DNA from: an uncultured Planctomycetota bacterium
GTDB lineage: Bacteria; Planctomycetota; Planctomycetia; Isosphaerales; Isosphaeraceae
DNA length: 64,000 nucleotides
Reading direction: 5' to 3'
NCBI GenBank assembly: GCA_963823665.1
Contig: CAWGMQ010000010.1
Location: 288,001 to 352,000, forward strand
The notes beneath the pieces were generated by a model. The model did no database searches. It was not told the DNA's origin and saw only the letters and a program-made list of their open reading frames with translations. Below, in pieces: positions 59,888 to 64,000 of this stretch. Both the position numbers and the translations under genes were made by a program. How positions within the stretch are numbered: the stretch's first letter is position 1; the number at the start of each line of letters is the position of its first letter.

Positions 59888-60180
59888 ATGATGGCGATCA
59901 ACGCGGTTTTCAAGGCGCTTGCGGACCCGACCCGGCGTGAGATCCTGCGGCTTTTGTCGCGGGGGAGCTCACGGCCGGCGAGCTGGCGTCGTCGTTTGAT
60001 ATGACGAAGCCGTCGATGTCACATCACTTTGCGGTGCTCAAAGAAGCAGACCTGATCTACAGTCGACGAGATGGCCAGCAAATCTATTACTCGCTCAATA
60101 CGACCGTGCTCGAGGATGTGCTGACCCGGCTCTGGGACCATCTTGGACTCAAGAACTCGAAAGGATCCGGAGAGAAATGA
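59888..60180 (+). CDS. sdpR: ArsR/SdpR-family repressor (frameshift in G-run near 59962; missing from ORF track)
   Basis: FKALADPTRREIL, then LTAGELA..F.MTKPSMSHHF.VLK, GQQIYYSLNTT. Confidence 0.8.
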
Positions 60181-60836
60181 CGCGCGTTTACTGGGCCGGC
60201 TCGATCTTGCTCGTGGCGCTTGCGGCGGGGGCCGCGGCGTGGCTGGCGCCCACCTTGCCCGACCAGATTCCGACGCACTGGAATATTCGGAATGAAGTCG
60301 ATGGGTACGGCGCCAAGTGGACGCTGTTCGCCTTGCCTGTGATGATGGCGGCCATGCTCGTGCTCTTCTATTTCCTGCCGGCGCTTTCGCCCAAGCCATT
60401 CTCGGTGGACTCGTTCCGGCCAACCTATCTCTACATCATGCTGCTTGTGGTCGGGCTCTTCGCCTACATACAGGGCGTGTTGCTCTACACGGTGCAGCAA
60501 AGTGTGGCCAAAGGGCACGCCGTGCCGCTCGGTCAGATATTCATCGCGGGGATGTTCCTCTTCTTCGGTTTGCTTGGCAATGTGTTGGGGAAAGTGCGCA
60601 AGAACTTCTATATAGGGATCCGGGTGCCGTGGACGCTGGCGAGCGACCGCGTCTGGAACGACACGCACCGCATGGCAGGCTGGCTGTGGGTCGTTGCCGG
60701 ATTCGCGGGATTCGGGCTGGTGATTCTGGGTGTGCCGATCTACATCCCGATCATTCTGCTCGTCGTCGTCGCATTTATTCCGATCATCTATTCATTTATT
60801 CATTACAAGGCGCTCGAGCGCAAGGGGGCGTTGTGA
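60177..60836 (+). CDS. sdpI: SdpI-family immunity-like membrane protein (DUF1648)
   Basis: LPDQIPTHW, NFYIGIRVPWTL..DRVW..THR. Confidence 0.85.
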   Translation: MTRVYWAGSILLVALAAGAAAWLAPTLPDQIPTHWNIRNEVDGYGAKWTLFALPVMMAAMLVLFYFLPALSPKPFSVDSFRPTYLYIMLLVVGLFAYIQGVLLYTVQQSVAKGHAVPLGQIFIAGMFLFFGLLGNVLGKVRKNFYIGIRVPWTLASDRVWNDTHRMAGWLWVVAGFAGFGLVILGVPIYIPIILLVVVAFIPIIYSFIHYKALERKGAL

Positions 60837-60859
60837 ACGCCTTGGGAGCGCCTGAAGGG

Positions 60860-63294
60860 TCATCGCCCCTCGTCGACCCAGAGGGCGATCTGGGCGGGGG
60901 ACGGCGTGTTTTCTTCCATCCTGAGCATGGGCGTTGCGCCGGCCAAAGCGTAAGCCGCTTTCGGCCAGCTTGGTTCGATCGCCGCGATGTTCCGATAGAG
61001 CCAGAGCTGCGACGGCGCGGCCAGCGCCGCCGCCGCCTTGACGCCGCCGAACTGCTCCAGGCCGGGGAGATCGATCGTCGAGGGCCATTCATCGGGCTTT
61101 CGCATCTGGGTCATGCCGGAAAGCTCGATGACGGTGCGCGAAAGCCCTTCGAGCATCGGGCGTGCGACCAGGGCCTGGTAGCCGGCGTCGTCCTGCGCGA
61201 TGAGATTCACGAGGTCCACGTCGGGCTGGCTCTTGGCCCAGGCGAGGACCGTCGCCAGGTCTTGCATCTGGTCGGCGGCTGCTACCGGATTATATGTCTC
61301 GAAATGGGTTGAAGTGGGCCGGTGTGGCGCGGGGTTCCTGGGATCGAGCGACTCGCCGACGAACAGCGGGTCAAATGCAACGACCGCGTGGCCACGTGCG
61401 AGCAGCGCCTGCGCAAGCTCATTGGGACGGCCCGAGCCATCGTCGAGAGCCGCCTTTCCGCGGGAATGGACCAGAATCGTCAGGCGATTCTTGAACTGGC
61501 GGGGCACAATCTTCACCACGGGGATTGCGTCGCCGCGCGCCTTACGGCCGACGGTCAAGTGCTCGATCGCGACATCGTCACGCGAGATGGAGCGAACTTC
61601 CTGCTCGACAATCGAATCATACGCCGGCCGATCGATTCCCGTGCGGATCTTCAAGCTGGTTTGCAGAAGCCTGCGCGAGGCTTCCCAGCGCGCGGGGCTT
61701 GTTCCCGGGGCAAGCTCGTCGAGCATCAGGTTCAGGTTGGCGATCAGATCGTTCTCGAGCTGTTCGGGTGTTTTCCGATCCGGCGGCGCGGGGTGGCCGG
61801 GGCCGAAGGTCCAGAGGTCCTCGGGCTTCTCGAGTTTCTGGTCGCCTTCCCTCGTCTTGGCGGCGTCATCGACGCGGAAGAGCCAGTGGCTCATGGCTGC
61901 GTAAACGGCGTTGCGGCTCGTTTGATTGTAATTATGGGGGAAGTCAAAGATCTGGGCACTCACGCGATCGGGGGAGCCGATCAACGAATAAACGCCTCGG
62001 ATCGCGGGAAAGACCCGATCCATCGTGCGCCGGGTCCAGTCGCCGGTGGCGCCGACTAAGACCAGTGGACGGGGAGCGGTCAGTGCGGCGAACTCGATGT
62101 TATCCGTGCCGTGCCGAAGGCCGGCGGCGTTTTCACAGACACACCCGCCCTGGAAGTAATCGGAGACCATGACAACCGGTGCGGAGACGGTCACCCGGTT
62201 GTCCAGGGCAGTGAGCAGAAATGTTTGGGTGCCGCCGCCGGACTCACCGGTGCAGCCGATGCGGGTGGAATCGACATACGGAAGCGAGGTGAGCCAGTCG
62301 AGCGCGCGAATGCTGTTCCAGGTCTGAAGGGTCGGCAGGCTGAGCCCCCAGTGTCTCAGGCGGTCATTCAAGAACTCGTGCGGAAACGGCTTGCTGTCGT
62401 TGTATCCGACCATGTCGTACATGAAGACGGCACAACCGAGCTTCGCCCAGCGAATGCAGCGGGGCTGCACTTCCGCGTTCACGCGGCCGTCGGACCAATG
62501 GCCGTGCGGGCAGAGCATTCCGGGAATCTTGCCGGTGGAGTGCGCCGGCCGGTACAGGTTGCCGCTCAGGGTGAACCCCGGGAAGGTTTCGAGCACGACC
62601 TTCTCGATCGTGTAATCGCCGCGGTCGAGCTTTCCAGTGATCCTGGGGTTGAGCGGGGTCTTGTGAAACATTGGCCAGAGCCCCAATGTAACGAGCATCT
62701 GTTCCCGCAGATGCTGGGCACGGTCGTGCCACGCGGCTGCGGAGGCGGGCGCTTGAAAATCGACCCCTTCGTTGTTGGTCCGGGCACGGGTTCGCCGCGA
62801 GTCGTGACTCGGCTCGATCGAGTCGACGCGGCCGCGGACCAGGTCGAGTGAGGCCGGCGCGGCGGAGTCTTTTCCCGCAGAAACCCAGAGCAGCGTAGGG
62901 GCAGGCGCAGGGCGCCCTTTGTCTTGGGCGCCTCATTCAAGACGAGCACCTTGAGCGGGCGGTCCTTGGCGAGGTTGATTTTACCGAGCGGTTGCCAGCG
63001 CGGCGTGGTGGAATCACCCGTCCGCGGCTCGACCTTGAAAGTGATGGCGCCGGCGACTTCCTGAAGCTGCCAGAAGTCGGTTGCGGGCGCCCAGACCGAC
63101 ACCAGCGCCGTGCCTGAGAATCCCGGATCGACCCCGGCGGCGAGACGTTTGAAATCGCTGGCCGTGTAGATGGCACCTTGGGATGGCTCGACTGCCGCTT
63201 TCGTGACGGCGTAAGGCGCGAGCAGGATGAAGTATGCCGCCGCGGCTGACTTGAGGCCCTGCGATTTGACGCGTGAACGATCGCGGAAATTCAC
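60860..63294 (-). CDS. Exported acetylxylan-esterase-like alpha/beta hydrolase (frameshift near 62915)
   Basis: Signal peptide; CPHGH, DMVGY, nucleophile GCTGESGGG; frame of the 60860 ORF stays open upstream to ~62910. Confidence 0.75.
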
Positions 63295-63385
63295 GGTTTA
63301 GCTCCGGGGTTGGAGAGTGGCGAGAGCGCGGGGGCGGGGTCATCGGATGGTGACCGGTTTCACCCAATATCCTACAAGCTGTGGA

Positions 63386-64000
63386 TCAAACTGCCAGGCC
63401 GTCGGCGGGATGCACGCATTTCAGCAGCGACTCGATCGACACCGCTCCGGTTGCGGGGAACAGACAATAGCACGGGTGAGGATATGTTCCATCGATGATG
63501 ATCTGGCGGTGGTTTGCCTGGCGAAAGCCTTCGTCGCAAGCTTGATGGCCTGTAATGAAAAAGTCGGCGTCGATCATGGCGGCGAAACGGTCGGCCGTTT
63601 CGGGCGACGTGTCGCGGCCCCAGGTCAGGGCGTAGATGGTGCCCCGCCGCTTCATGGCGGGCTCGGGCCAAAAGTCGGCCTTGAGGAGATCGAGATCGAG
63701 CGTATCGAGGTCGGGTGCGTCGGGAATGGTGTGGCAGACATAGACGCGATTCTGGGTGCGGATAGCCAGCGGCAGCGCGGCGAAGAGGGCCTTGTAGGCA
63801 TCGTAAATCTCCGTAGCAGCAGAGCCGTACGCGGTGGTGACTCCGTGCATGAACTTGGCATTCAATGTTTCGCCGTCCTTGCCGATTGTGCGGCCGGTCA
63901 GCTCGGAGAGCTCGTGATTGCCCAGGATCAGATGCGCGCGGTGGGGGTACTGGCATTTGAGCGCGGCGACGACGTCAAGGACCTGATGCGAGCGGTCTCC
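63386..64000 (-). CDS. Metallophosphoesterase (5' end outside window)
   Basis: LILGNHE, VCH and ITGHQ motifs. Confidence 0.8.
   Translation of the reverse strand, partial: GDRSHQVLDVVAALKCQYPHRAHLILGNHELSELTGRTIGKDGETLNAKFMHGVTTAYGSAATEIYDAYKALFAALPLAIRTQNRVYVCHTIPDAPDLDTLDLDLLKADFWPEPAMKRRGTIYALTWGRDTSPETADRFAAMIDADFFITGHQACDEGFRQANHRQIIIDGTYPHPCYCLFPATGAVSIESLLKCVHPADGLAV

Overview
GC-rich bacterial DNA, most likely Planctomycetota (Isosphaeraceae-like, inferred from the secreted and membrane protein families in the flanks). The flanks (1-8.2 kb, 56.8-64 kb) hold ordinary planctomycete genes. Between them is a ~48 kb accessory stress/energy cluster. It comprises a ppk2-manA-PMM-GH130-tkt-rpiB operon; a minus-strand block with two near-identical RND permeases, two adaptors, a PAS hybrid kinase and a DUF2294 (MpsC/YbcI-family) gene; a stomatin/SPFH gene; a Gly/Tyr-rich secreted protein; and a ~23.5 kb plus-strand block (BON, zwf, tal, a full N-ATPase atpDCQRBEFAG, ackA, xfp, fba, tpiA, glgP, glgX). 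The main observation is a ~110-nt structured non-coding leader present four times (8458-8566 +, 29967-30074 -, 32438-32543 -, 32939-33044 +). Each copy follows a conserved promoter-like sequence and ends in an intrinsic terminator whose 5' arm can alternatively pair with the leader's 5' GUCGG. Together the four leaders head nearly every transcription unit of the cluster, so I propose an undescribed attenuator/riboswitch regulon, with the DUF2294 protein as a candidate trans-acting antiterminator. Several single-indel frameshifts look like long-read errors. No tRNA, rRNA, CRISPR array, integrase or transposase was seen.
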